64,000 nucleotides of DNA from a virus (lineage: Duplodnaviria > Heunggongvirae > Uroviricota > Caudoviricetes): IMG/VR virus record IMGVR_UViG_3300046543_000050; one strand, written 5' to 3'. Position 1 is the stretch's first letter; the number at the start of each line of letters is the position of its first letter. Both the position numbers and the translations under genes were made by a program. Under the pieces are notes generated by a model that had not been told where the DNA came from, did no database searches, and worked only from the letters and a program-made list of their open reading frames with translations. This document shows, in pieces, positions 55,219-64,000 of this stretch.

Positions 55219-56232
55219 ATGAGTAACCTACGTAAATTCCCGAGCATCGAGCAGTACAAGAACATCATCACCATCGTTCGCCAGTACGCCAAGAAGCACG
55301 CCAAACCGCTTCCAACGCTCTCGTTTGTCGGTACAGTCAAGTTGCATGGTACGAACGGCGGCATCGGCTACAACGGCACTACAGGCGAACTGTGGGCGCA
55401 ATCGCGAGAACGCATCATCACGCCCTACGACGACAACGCGGCGTTTGCGAAGTTTGTCGAAGCGAATCGAGTCCAGTGGATCACGTTCCTTCAACAGTTC
55501 GTGGGTGAAGGTCAGCGGGTAGTGATCTTCGGTGAATGGGCTGGCCCGAGTATCCAGAAGGCTGTGGCTATCTCCCAGATCGATAGGAAGTCGTTCTTCC
55601 CGTTCGAAATCCGTGTGTACACCGAACGAGACGGTGAGGACGACTTGGTTGAATCTGTCGATCCGATGCAATACGGGGAAATCTCCGACACCCCGGACAC
55701 GTACCGCATCGGTTCGTTCGATACGTATTCGATGGACATCGACTTTGCCCGTCCGCAAGACTTCCAGAACCAACTTCTGGACCTGACGCTGAAGGTTGAA
55801 GAAAACTGCCCGGTTGGTCGTGAGTTCGGTCAGTCGGGTGTCGGCGAAGGAATCGTCTGGTACAACGTGGAAACCGGTCTGCGCTTCAAGGTGAAGGGCG
55901 AGAAGCATAGTACTTCGAAGGTTTCGACGGTCAAGCCGATCAGTGCCGAAGACCTCGAACGTATCGCGACCGTGGCGAAATTCGTGGACATTGTTGTCAC
56001 GGATAACCGTTTGAACCAAGGTCTGGACAAGCTTCGCGAGATGGGTAAAGAAGTCAGCATGAAATCGACTGGCGACTTCATCAAGTGGGTTGTCGGCGAC
56101 GTGCTGAAAGAAGAAATGGACCTGATCGTCGCATCGAGTCTGGACAAGAAGGAACTGAATCCGGCGATGTCGAACAAGGCGAAGGAATTCTTCTTCGCAC
56201 ATCTGAAAACGCAAGACGCATTGGTAGCATAA
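55219..56232 (+). CDS. RNA ligase 2-family protein
   Basis: KFPSIEQ, TVKLHGTN (motif I), QSR, IFGEWAG..IQK, GEGIVW, FKVKGEKHS. Confidence 0.88.
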   Translation: MSNLRKFPSIEQYKNIITIVRQYAKKHAKPLPTLSFVGTVKLHGTNGGIGYNGTTGELWAQSRERIITPYDDNAAFAKFVEANRVQWITFLQQFVGEGQRVVIFGEWAGPSIQKAVAISQIDRKSFFPFEIRVYTERDGEDDLVESVDPMQYGEISDTPDTYRIGSFDTYSMDIDFARPQDFQNQLLDLTLKVEENCPVGREFGQSGVGEGIVWYNVETGLRFKVKGEKHSTSKVSTVKPISAEDLERIATVAKFVDIVVTDNRLNQGLDKLREMGKEVSMKSTGDFIKWVVGDVLKEEMDLIVASSLDKKELNPAMSNKAKEFFFAHLKTQDALVA

Positions 56233-56241
56233 GGAACCGCA

Positions 56242-57516
56242 GTGTCCAGTAATCGTAAATTTGAATTCACAGAAGAACAGCAAGGCGCAATCAAGGAAAT
56301 CACCGAATTCGCGACCGACATGTTCACGAAGTCTTGGTACTTTGTGTTTACTGGACCGGCTGGTTCGGGCAAGACTGCGTGCATGATCGAAGTTCAGAAG
56401 GCCATGCGCAACCGTAGCTTGAAGATCGAGTTCACGGCCCCGACGAACAAGGCTGCAAAGGTTCTGCGTGATGTCATCGGTGCAGCAAAGACGACATACG
56501 CTTTCCTGAACCTTCGCGTCACTGCTGATGGTGCAGTCAAGCGTGTTGCGAAAGGTAAAGACCCGGACTTGTCGCATCTTGACATCCTCGTGGTTGATGA
56601 AGCATCGATGGTGAACCGCGAACTGTTCGAGTACCTTCAAGAAGCGGCGCTTCGATGGGGATTCAAGATCATCTTCATGGGTGATTCGTTTCAGTTGCCG
56701 CCAGTGAACGAGAAGTATTCGAAGGCATTGATCGGTCAATCGTCTGCATCCCTGACGACCGTGATGCGTCACGACAACCAAATCCTGACGTTCGCGACTG
56801 AAGTTCGAAGCCAGATCGAAAAGAAGAACCCAAAGATCACGCTTCGCGACGACAACGATGACGAAGAAGGCGTCTGGGCGTTGGATGAAGAAGACTTCGA
56901 ACAACTGATCTATGCAGCGGCACAAGACGGTCAGTTCAATGACGGCGACGTGGCAAAGGTGGTTGCATGGCGGAACGTCAAGGTTGCGTACTACAACAAT
57001 TTGATTCGTCATGCGATCTTTGGTGACAAGGCCAAGCCGGGTTACTTCCTGTTGAACGAGCGCATCACGGCGGGTTCACCGTGTTCGTGGGGTGAAGAAC
57101 CTCTCATGAGTACGGATGAAGGCGGCATCATCAAGGGCATCACTGAAAAGCGCCACCCGATCTATACCGATTTCTACGTGTTCGAACTGGCTGTCGAGAA
57201 GGAATACGACAAGAAAGAAGTAAAGCTTTACACGGTTCATCCGAGAAGCGTTGAAGCACTCGAAGACTACTTCAACGAGTTGACCCACAAGGCAAAGGCA
57301 AGTCCGTCGAAGTGGGCTGATTTCTGGGAAGCCAAAGAGTTCTTCCATGATGTTCGCTACGGCTACGCAGAGACGGCACACAAGTCGCAAGGTTCGACGT
57401 ACCGCGATGTCTATGTGGATTCGGAAGACATCCTGAGAAACAAGAACAGAGAAGAAGCGTTTCGTTGCTTCTACGTCGCAAGTTCGCGACCGACAACCCG
57501 ACTGGTCCTTCGATGA
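56242..57516 (+). CDS. dda: Dda-like SF1B DNA helicase
   Basis: GPAGSGKT, APTNKAAKVL, VVDEASMV, GDSFQLPPV, TAHKSQGSTY, YVASSRP. Confidence 0.88.
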   Translation: MSSNRKFEFTEEQQGAIKEITEFATDMFTKSWYFVFTGPAGSGKTACMIEVQKAMRNRSLKIEFTAPTNKAAKVLRDVIGAAKTTYAFLNLRVTADGAVKRVAKGKDPDLSHLDILVVDEASMVNRELFEYLQEAALRWGFKIIFMGDSFQLPPVNEKYSKALIGQSSASLTTVMRHDNQILTFATEVRSQIEKKNPKITLRDDNDDEEGVWALDEEDFEQLIYAAAQDGQFNDGDVAKVVAWRNVKVAYYNNLIRHAIFGDKAKPGYFLLNERITAGSPCSWGEEPLMSTDEGGIIKGITEKRHPIYTDFYVFELAVEKEYDKKEVKLYTVHPRSVEALEDYFNELTHKAKASPSKWADFWEAKEFFHDVRYGYAETAHKSQGSTYRDVYVDSEDILRNKNREEAFRCFYVASSRPTTRLVLR

Positions 57517-57680
57517 AGCTATACGATGTTCCGCGTCACACACAGGTTCGGATACTGGCGACCAACGAAGTTTTGTTGTTTGAGCACATCGACGGTATGT
57601 ACTCGGTGTGCAAGTATCCGGACGGCCATGTGGTCCATCACGCAGCATGGACCGAAGTTGAAATAGTAGAGGAATCCTAA
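57513..57680 (+). CDS. Small hypothetical protein
   Basis: ATGA overlap with the dda stop. Confidence 0.55.
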   Translation: MKLYDVPRHTQVRILATNEVLLFEHIDGMYSVCKYPDGHVVHHAAWTEVEIVEES

Positions 57681-58913
57681 ATGAGTTTTCAGTTGATCAC
57701 GCACATCGATGATGTGTTGCCGTACATCGAAGGTCGCACGGAATTTGTAGTTGCAGAGCGCGATGACTTCACGGTCATCAACTACATGGTCGCGTTCGAT
57801 ACCACGTTCCCCGACTTCCCGAAAGACCCGGAAACGTGGGATGCAGAATCCTATGACGCATGGGTCTTGGGAATGAAGACTGCATCAATCCTGCGCGAAT
57901 GCCGTGGCTTGATGTTTGACCTCAATGGCAAGTTGATCAGCCGTCCGTACCATAAGTTCTTCAACATGAACGAACGTGAAGAAACGCTGGCATCGGAATT
58001 CCTTCTGGAAGACGCAAGCCAGTACGTCTTGATGGACAAGCTTGATGGTTCGTTCATTCGTCCGGTTCGCATCAACGGGTCTGTTCGTCTGTGTACGAAG
58101 ATGGGAATCACGGATCAATCCGAACAGGCCGAAGAATTCCTCGCGTCCCTCGGCGAAGAACGGTTCAACGACTATCAAGACTTCTTTGCGGCCTACGTGG
58201 ATCACTTCACGCCTGTGTTTGAGTTCTGTTCGCGAAAGAATCAGATCGTCATCGACTACCCGGAAGATGCGCTGATCCTGACGGGTATGCGCAAGAATGA
58301 AACTGGCGAGTACATCTCGTACCGGACGTTGAAGAACATCGCTCGCGCGTTCAAGATTCCGCTGGTCAAGGCATGGCACGTCGAAGACATCATCGGCATC
58401 AATGCGCCGCGCTGTCCGACCCGAGTGATGGAAGCTGTTCGGTCGTGGATCGGTATCGAGGGTGTGGTGCTTCGTTATCTTGACGGTCGCATGGTGAAGA
58501 TCAAGGCCGAAGACTACTGCATCAAGCACGGTGCGAAAGATGGTCTGCTGCTTGAAAAGAACGTGCTGGCGACGTTCCTGAACGAGAAGCTTGACGATGT
58601 ACTACCGCTGCTGGACGACGCCTTCAAAGCCCGCGTAGAGGCTTATACGAGCACTGTGGCGATGGGTATCACGACAGCTTTCCTTGATGCCGAACAGACT
58701 GTGCGCTGGATTCAGAAGCACTACGACACGCGCAAGGAAATGGCCCTGTTCATCAAAGACAACATCAAGCCGTGGTCGCAGTCGATCATCTTCGCTGGTC
58801 TTGACGGGAAGGACATCCATCAGGCTGTCGTGAAGAAGGTTCTGTCGTTCACATCGTCACAGACGTTGGTCGATGAAGTACGGCCTTTCATTGGGAATCC
58901 ATCGTGGTCCTGA
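57681..58913 (+). CDS. rnlA: RNA ligase 1 (T4 RnlA family)
   Basis: RECRGLMF, SRPYHKFFN.NE, MDKLDGS (motif I), FEF.S..NQIVI.Y, EGVV, VKIKAEDY. Confidence 0.9.
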   Translation: MSFQLITHIDDVLPYIEGRTEFVVAERDDFTVINYMVAFDTTFPDFPKDPETWDAESYDAWVLGMKTASILRECRGLMFDLNGKLISRPYHKFFNMNEREETLASEFLLEDASQYVLMDKLDGSFIRPVRINGSVRLCTKMGITDQSEQAEEFLASLGEERFNDYQDFFAAYVDHFTPVFEFCSRKNQIVIDYPEDALILTGMRKNETGEYISYRTLKNIARAFKIPLVKAWHVEDIIGINAPRCPTRVMEAVRSWIGIEGVVLRYLDGRMVKIKAEDYCIKHGAKDGLLLEKNVLATFLNEKLDDVLPLLDDAFKARVEAYTSTVAMGITTAFLDAEQTVRWIQKHYDTRKEMALFIKDNIKPWSQSIIFAGLDGKDIHQAVVKKVLSFTSSQTLVDEVRPFIGNPSWS

Positions 58914-59335
58914 TCTATCGCGTCGAATCTGACGATGGTACTGGCATGTACATCGGCCAAGGTGGATTGACACCGATGCCGATGGAATTCAGCGAACACC
59001 ATCCTGCACCCGATGAAGATTCGAAGCTGGTCAACCAGATCAACTACATCGTTCGCAAAGAGCAAGGCGATGTCGAAGAAGCTGAGATGGTTTCGCCGTG
59101 GACCTTCATCAGCAAACGTGGGTACTTCTTCGGCTTCGACTCCCAAGACCAGATGCGTCGCTGGATTTATCAGGACGAGTGGATGAAGGACTTGGATGAT
59201 GTTGGGCTTCATCTGACTGTCTACGAAGTCGATCCCGAAGACACGGTTGCTGGTTATACGCAAGCGATCTTCAAACGCAAGAATGCACGACAGAAGTACC
59301 GGACAAAACTCTGCGACTTTTTCGCAATCAACTGA
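58904..59335 (+). CDS. Conserved T4-like hypothetical protein
   Basis: IYRVE..G.G.Y...HP.P..D...FGF.S..Q...W pattern. Confidence 0.6.
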   Translation: MVLIYRVESDDGTGMYIGQGGLTPMPMEFSEHHPAPDEDSKLVNQINYIVRKEQGDVEEAEMVSPWTFISKRGYFFGFDSQDQMRRWIYQDEWMKDLDDVGLHLTVYEVDPEDTVAGYTQAIFKRKNARQKYRTKLCDFFAIN

Positions 59336-59344
59336 GCAACGAAC

Positions 59345-59608
59345 ATGGCAACTGCAAAAGTAACATTCATCAAGAAAGAAGTCGTCACGATCATCGATGA
59401 ACCCGCTTATGGTCTGGACCTGTCGCAAGTCGAAGCGAGAACTCTGGTTGATGTGTTGGAGATGATTTCCGGCCTTCCGGGAACGCGTCGTGACCATACC
59501 GGCAGCATCCTCAATGCGCTACGGTCGCTCGGTGTTTGTGGCACGGATAGCGATACCCACTATCCCGAAGATGTAAGCCCTTCGTACTGCAACATTCAAT
59601 TCCTCTAA
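59345..59608 (+). CDS. Hypothetical protein
   Basis: Clean ORF within the operon. Confidence 0.55.
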   Translation: MATAKVTFIKKEVVTIIDEPAYGLDLSQVEARTLVDVLEMISGLPGTRRDHTGSILNALRSLGVCGTDSDTHYPEDVSPSYCNIQFL

Positions 59609-59610
59609 TC

Positions 59611-60099
59611 ATGAAAGAACTTATCATGTTGGCCGGTCTTCCCGGCTGTGGCAAGTCCACGTATCGCGCACCGTATGGCCTTGATGTCGTCTCGTCTGAC
59701 ATCTATATCGAAGCGGTCGCCGAAGCTTGCGGTACTACGTACAACGATGTATTCAAAGATGTCGTGAAGCAAGCCCAAGAGAACGCAGACGCCCACATGA
59801 AGTCGATGGTGGAATGCGGCGTCAAGACGATCATTTGGGACCAGACGAACCTGACGGCACGCTCGCGCAAGGCCAAGTTGCAGAAGTTCAACGAAGCTGG
59901 CGGCAAGGACTATCGCAAGATTTGCCTGTTCTTTGAACCGGACCTGCAACTGTCCATCGAGCGCAATGAAGAACGTCGCGCGTTCGGTCGTGGTGTCCCG
60001 ATCTACGTCCTCGAATCGATGTTCCAAACGCACGAAGTACCGAAGAAGGCCGAAGGTTGGGACTATGTGTTCCACGTACCTGTCGATTCCCAACTTTGA
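59611..60099 (+). CDS. Polynucleotide kinase domain (AAA_33/PseT N-terminal type), no phosphatase domain
   Basis: MLAGLPGCGKST, VSSD, IIWDQTNL...R, RN..R...VP..V...M. Confidence 0.85.
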   Translation: MKELIMLAGLPGCGKSTYRAPYGLDVVSSDIYIEAVAEACGTTYNDVFKDVVKQAQENADAHMKSMVECGVKTIIWDQTNLTARSRKAKLQKFNEAGGKDYRKICLFFEPDLQLSIERNEERRAFGRGVPIYVLESMFQTHEVPKKAEGWDYVFHVPVDSQL

Positions 60100-60160
60100 G
60101 AGTTGCGACGAATTCCCGGATATGGTAGAATGCAAGCTTCACTCACCACTGAGGCAAAAC

Positions 60161-60412
60161 ATGACAACAAAACGTAAGGGAAAGCCCGCCGTCAATCCGA
60201 ACCACATCGTGGACATTCTGTGTGGTCATGAGGACCGTGGCTACGCGCTGTACATCGAGTTCCACAGCGGCAAGACCGCCGAACATGTATTTGACACCAA
60301 GGAAGCATTGTTCGCGTTCATCGCGGCGATGCCGAAAAAGAACACCGTCGCTGCACAGGCTGCACATGACGAATGGGTCAGGCAGTTGCAGTTGGCATTT
60401 GAGGGTGAATAA
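60161..60412 (+). CDS. Hypothetical protein
   Basis: GAGG RBS; promoter-like element at 60100-60131. Confidence 0.6.
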   Translation: MTTKRKGKPAVNPNHIVDILCGHEDRGYALYIEFHSGKTAEHVFDTKEALFAFIAAMPKKNTVAAQAAHDEWVRQLQLAFEGE

Positions 60413-60414
60413 GT

Positions 60415-62910
60415 TTGAGGTTTTACACAAATTCGAAACAGTACGGCAATAATGTTCTCGTTCGCGGGATAGAAGACGGGGAACGGTTCATCGAAAAGTA
60501 TCCGTTCCAACCTACCTTGTACTCCCGCGTCCACAAGCCGACCGGTTTCACGTCACTGGAAGATGAACATCTGCAACCGAACGTGTTCGATGACATCAAT
60601 GGTGCGCGAGACTTCCTCAAGAAATACAGAGATGTAGATAACTTCCCAATATACGGGAACACGCAATATCAGTTCCAGTGGATCGGAGAGAACTACAAGG
60701 GCGAGATTGAGTACGATCTGTCCAAGATCAAGGTGCTGTCGATTGACATCGAAACGACCGTCAACTACGGCTTCCCGGATTACTTCGATCCAAAGGAACA
60801 AATCACCCTGATCACCTGTCGTGACAAGGTGTCGAAGAAGATCACGACATTCGGCTGTTGGGAATACACCCCCAAGCGCGATGACGTGACCTACGTCAAG
60901 TGTAATGACGAGACGGACCTGTTGTGCCGGTTCATCAATTTCATCCATCGTGACCCGCCAGACATCATCACCGGCTGGAATACGGATGACTTCGATATTC
61001 CGTATCTCATTCAGCGGTCCCGTAAGATCGTGGGTGAGGAAGTCACGAAGAAGCTGAGTCCCTTTGGCGTGATCAAGCATCGCGACGTAGAGATTCAGGG
61101 CAAGATGAAGATGGAATTCGACATCTACGGCATCGCGTCACTGGACTATCTGGCGCTGTTCCGTAAGTTCGCGTTCCTGAAGTTCGAGAACGAAAAGCTG
61201 GATACCGTGGCGTTCCATGTCCTCGGTCGCAACAAGGTAGAGAACCCTTACCCATCGTTCCGAGAGTTCTACGAGAAAGACCCGATCCTATTCACCGACT
61301 ACAACATCGTTGACGTGGAACTTGTAGACGGACTAGAAGGGAAGTTGAAGCTGATTGAACTTGCCATCTCGATTGCGTACATGGCGAAGATCAACTTCGA
61401 TGACGTGTACAGCCCGGTAAAGATGTGGGATACCATCATCTATAACCACTTGCTTGAACAAGGCATCGTGGTCCCGATGAAGCAAGCTGGCACGAAGGTT
61501 CAGATTGAAGGTGCGTTCGTCAAGGAAGTCACGCGCGGGCGTCATCGTTGGGTTGTGTCGTTCGACTTGGCATCACTGTATCCGCACATCATCATGGCGC
61601 TGAACATGTCGCCTGAGACGATTGCGCGGCGCATGATCGACATATCGGTAGCAGAACTGTTGTCTGGGGACCGTAGCAAGGTTCTGGCGGGTCACTCGCT
61701 GGCCCCGAATGGTTCGATGTACGACATGAGCAAGCAAGGCTTCTTGCCGTTCCTGATGTCGAAGTATTACAACGGTCGTAAAGAAGTGAAGACCGAAATG
61801 TTGGCGCTCAAAAAGCAACTAGAGGCAAACCGTGCAACCATGACGGCAGAAGAAATTCGCCAGATGGAAAACAAGATCACGGCGAAACAGAACTTGCAGC
61901 AAGCATTGAAGATCGCGATCAACTCGGCCTATGGCGCACTGGCACAGAGCAGTTTCCGGTTCTTTGACCCGCGCATCGCAGAAGGTATCACGATGTCTGG
62001 ACAGTTGATCATCCAGAACGCTATGCGAGCAGGTAACACCTTCCTGAACAAGCTTCTGGAAACCGACAAGGACTACGTGTTGATGGCTGATACGGATTCA
62101 TCGTACTTCATGATGGAACCCTTCATCAACGAGTTCTATCCGGGCAAGACGGTGGATGAAACCGTGGACTTCATGTGCAAGGTCTGTGATGGTCGGATGC
62201 AGAACACGTTGAACAAGGCGTGTGACGATCTGTCTGAGTCGTTGAACTGGAATCAAGGGTTCATCAACTTCAAGCGTGAAGCCATCGCATCAGTTGGTCT
62301 GATCGTCGCGGGTAAGAACTATGCGCTGCTGGTCCACGACAACGAAGGTGTTCGATACAAGGAACCTGACCTGAAGGTGATGGGTCTGGCACTGGTCCGA
62401 TCATCAACGCCAGACATCGTGAAAGACCCGCTTCGGAAGTGCATCGAAGTGATCTTGAACGGCACGGAAGAATCGTTGCAACAGTACGTCCGAGATGTCG
62501 AGACGATGTACATGCAGCAACCCCCGGAAGTCATCGCGTTCCCGCGCGGCGTGAACAACTTGGCTAAGTACAGTTCCAATAGTTCGATCTACGTGAAGGC
62601 ACACTGCCCGATCCAAGTCCGTGCTTCGTTGTTGTATAACCATCTGTTGAAGCAACATGGCCTGAATGACCGTGAACCGATTCAAGAAGGTGGACGCGTG
62701 AAGTTCGTCTATCTGAAGGAACCGAACACGTTGCGGGAAAATGTAGTCGGCTTTACTGACAAAATCCCGGCTGAGTTCAATCTGACGCGGTACGTGGCTT
62801 ACGATGTGATGTTCAACAAATCGTTCATCGAACCGTTGAAGAAGCTGACAGAACCGGTTGGCTGGTCCCACAAAGAAGTAGCAACACTCGAAGGTCTGTT
62901 CGATGATTGA
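60415..62910 (+). CDS. gp43: Family B DNA polymerase gp43
   Basis: TTG start; Exo DIET, GWN..FDIPY, YN..DV; Pol SFDLASLYP, KIAINSAYG, DTDS, KNYAL. Confidence 0.97.
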   Translation: MRFYTNSKQYGNNVLVRGIEDGERFIEKYPFQPTLYSRVHKPTGFTSLEDEHLQPNVFDDINGARDFLKKYRDVDNFPIYGNTQYQFQWIGENYKGEIEYDLSKIKVLSIDIETTVNYGFPDYFDPKEQITLITCRDKVSKKITTFGCWEYTPKRDDVTYVKCNDETDLLCRFINFIHRDPPDIITGWNTDDFDIPYLIQRSRKIVGEEVTKKLSPFGVIKHRDVEIQGKMKMEFDIYGIASLDYLALFRKFAFLKFENEKLDTVAFHVLGRNKVENPYPSFREFYEKDPILFTDYNIVDVELVDGLEGKLKLIELAISIAYMAKINFDDVYSPVKMWDTIIYNHLLEQGIVVPMKQAGTKVQIEGAFVKEVTRGRHRWVVSFDLASLYPHIIMALNMSPETIARRMIDISVAELLSGDRSKVLAGHSLAPNGSMYDMSKQGFLPFLMSKYYNGRKEVKTEMLALKKQLEANRATMTAEEIRQMENKITAKQNLQQALKIAINSAYGALAQSSFRFFDPRIAEGITMSGQLIIQNAMRAGNTFLNKLLETDKDYVLMADTDSSYFMMEPFINEFYPGKTVDETVDFMCKVCDGRMQNTLNKACDDLSESLNWNQGFINFKREAIASVGLIVAGKNYALLVHDNEGVRYKEPDLKVMGLALVRSSTPDIVKDPLRKCIEVILNGTEESLQQYVRDVETMYMQQPPEVIAFPRGVNNLAKYSSNSSIYVKAHCPIQVRASLLYNHLLKQHGLNDREPIQEGGRVKFVYLKEPNTLRENVVGFTDKIPAEFNLTRYVAYDVMFNKSFIEPLKKLTEPVGWSHKEVATLEGLFDD

Positions 62911-63340
62911 AGGAACTCCAATCGAAGAAGTATTGGAAGGGGAACAACCCCTTCCGAATGACGAGTACGTGTACGAGAACTATGCGAACCTGAGTGTTAA
63001 GAATGTGGTCATCTATGGCACGCGTATCCTCGACACTCAGGAACAACGATTCAAGTACAGGCCGACCATCGCACTGTTCATGAACGATCCGGGCGAACCG
63101 CCGCAGATGTTGAACTTCCATCTTCATGAAATCTTCGAGGATGCCGAAGTGATGGCGCGTATGACCGTGATGTGGGCGAACATGATGTTTGGCAACGTCT
63201 CGAAGATGGTCAGTATCTTTGACTATGAAAACCCGGCAGAACGTCTCGCGCACATCAACGTGGTTGAGATGGTCGCACTCGAAAACGCCGTGGACGAACT
63301 GAAACAAATCCATCGCACCAACATGAGGAAAATCCATTGA
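62903..63340 (+). CDS. Hypothetical protein
   Basis: Overlaps the gp43 stop. Confidence 0.6.
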   Translation: MIEGTPIEEVLEGEQPLPNDEYVYENYANLSVKNVVIYGTRILDTQEQRFKYRPTIALFMNDPGEPPQMLNFHLHEIFEDAEVMARMTVMWANMMFGNVSKMVSIFDYENPAERLAHINVVEMVALENAVDELKQIHRTNMRKIH

Positions 63341-63603
63341 CCGACTTTCAAATCTATCTCGTAACATGCGTCTTCTGTGTCCCAATCTTCGTCATCCTGA
63401 ACCGGGTACATGATGGCTTCGTCACCTTGGGTGATCTGACACGAGACATCTTGTGGGGCTTGGTCCCGGCGTGGAATCTCGTCTTACTGGTCGTGATGGG
63501 ATTCTTCGTGGCCCGCAAGTATCACTTGCTCGATTGGTTGTTGGTCCGCCAGAATCGCTTGGTGGACTGGTGGAACGAAGTTTCTGATAAGAAGGTGTTC
63601 TGA
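63337..63603 (+). CDS. Small membrane protein
   Basis: Two hydrophobic segments; TTG start. Confidence 0.5.
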   Translation: MTDFQIYLVTCVFCVPIFVILNRVHDGFVTLGDLTRDILWGLVPAWNLVLLVVMGFFVARKYHLLDWLLVRQNRLVDWWNEVSDKKVF

Positions 63604-64000
63604 TGTTGAAAAATCTTGGCGACTATATCCTTGTAGTCGATGACGTACTCCCGGCTGATCTGTGTGAAGACCTGATCCGCGACTTCGACAATGCAGAGAT
63701 GGGGCATCACAAGCGGGTGTCCGAGTTCGATTGGGGCACGGAATCAAGACGGTTCGAAGAACTGAATCTCACCCTGCACCCGGACTTCATCACGCGGTAT
63801 CGCATCGCACTGATGGACGCACAGAAGAAGCTGTACAACTTCTACAAAGAAGTCACGAAGTCCGAATTTCTGGTCCCGTTCGAGATGTGCGCTATCGAAG
63901 CCATCCGCATGAAGAAGTACGATGCCAATGACATCGATCAGTTCGGCTGGCACGCGGACGTAGGGGACGCTGCATCGTCCCGCCGACAGTTGGCGATGTT
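63603..64000 (+). CDS. 2OG-Fe(II) oxygenase (prolyl-hydroxylase-like), 3'-truncated
   Basis: Hand translation MLKNLGDYILVVDDVLPADLCEDLIRDF...RMKKYDANDIDQFGWHADVGDAASSRRQLAM; HxD motif. Confidence 0.85.
   Translation, partial: MLKNLGDYILVVDDVLPADLCEDLIRDFDNAEMGHHKRVSEFDWGTESRRFEELNLTLHPDFITRYRIALMDAQKKLYNFYKEVTKSEFLVPFEMCAIEAIRMKKYDANDIDQFGWHADVGDAASSRRQLAM

Noticed and set aside
55228-57012. Long minus-strand ORFs (594 aa here; also 20318-21610, 15398-16717, 10593-11624, 37109-38065)
   Set aside because: They are antisense shadows of strongly codon-biased plus-strand genes, with no RBS, promoter or recognizable motif
62080-62110. Unusual polymerase motif C (LMADTDS rather than YGDTDS)
   Set aside because: T4-like gp43 proteins vary here (e.g. 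AGDTDS, ASDTDS) and the catalytic DTD is intact
10812-62910. Inteins or group I introns in gp17, gp20, gp23, uvsW, gp46 or gp43
   Set aside because: All are continuous and of normal length; no C/S...HN intein ends or split frames were seen

Overview
64-kb segment of a large T4-like myovirus genome (roughly 50-55% GC by eye; gene order resembles non-Tevenvirinae T4-likes such as cyanomyoviruses; host not determinable, though a proteobacterial host is plausible). Left: virion module (5'-truncated ~2,000-aa baseplate/tail protein, gp13-gp23, gp3) with ACTAAATA-type late promoters. Middle: uvsY, uvsW, gp55, gp47/46, gp45/44/62, regA. Right: a ~16-kb accessory insert between regA and gp43 with eight tRNAs, two tRNA-like RNAs, an Acb2 anti-CBASS sponge, a glycosyltransferase, a cupin, many small early genes behind hairpin-promoter cassettes, Rnl1/Rnl2/Pnk RNA repair and Dda; then gp43 and a truncated 2OG-Fe(II) oxygenase. 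Most striking: a dispersed set of His-rich (7-10%) proteins, most with T4-like capsid-targeting N-termini (MK[S/T]FxxF..E). It includes four predicted ADP-ribosyltransferases, a GNAT acetyltransferase and a protease-site-punctuated polyprotein. An oppositely oriented ADP-ribosylglycohydrolase lies beside the main cassette, suggesting a virion-delivered writer/eraser host-takeover system. All family assignments come from motif recognition by eye, not from database searches.
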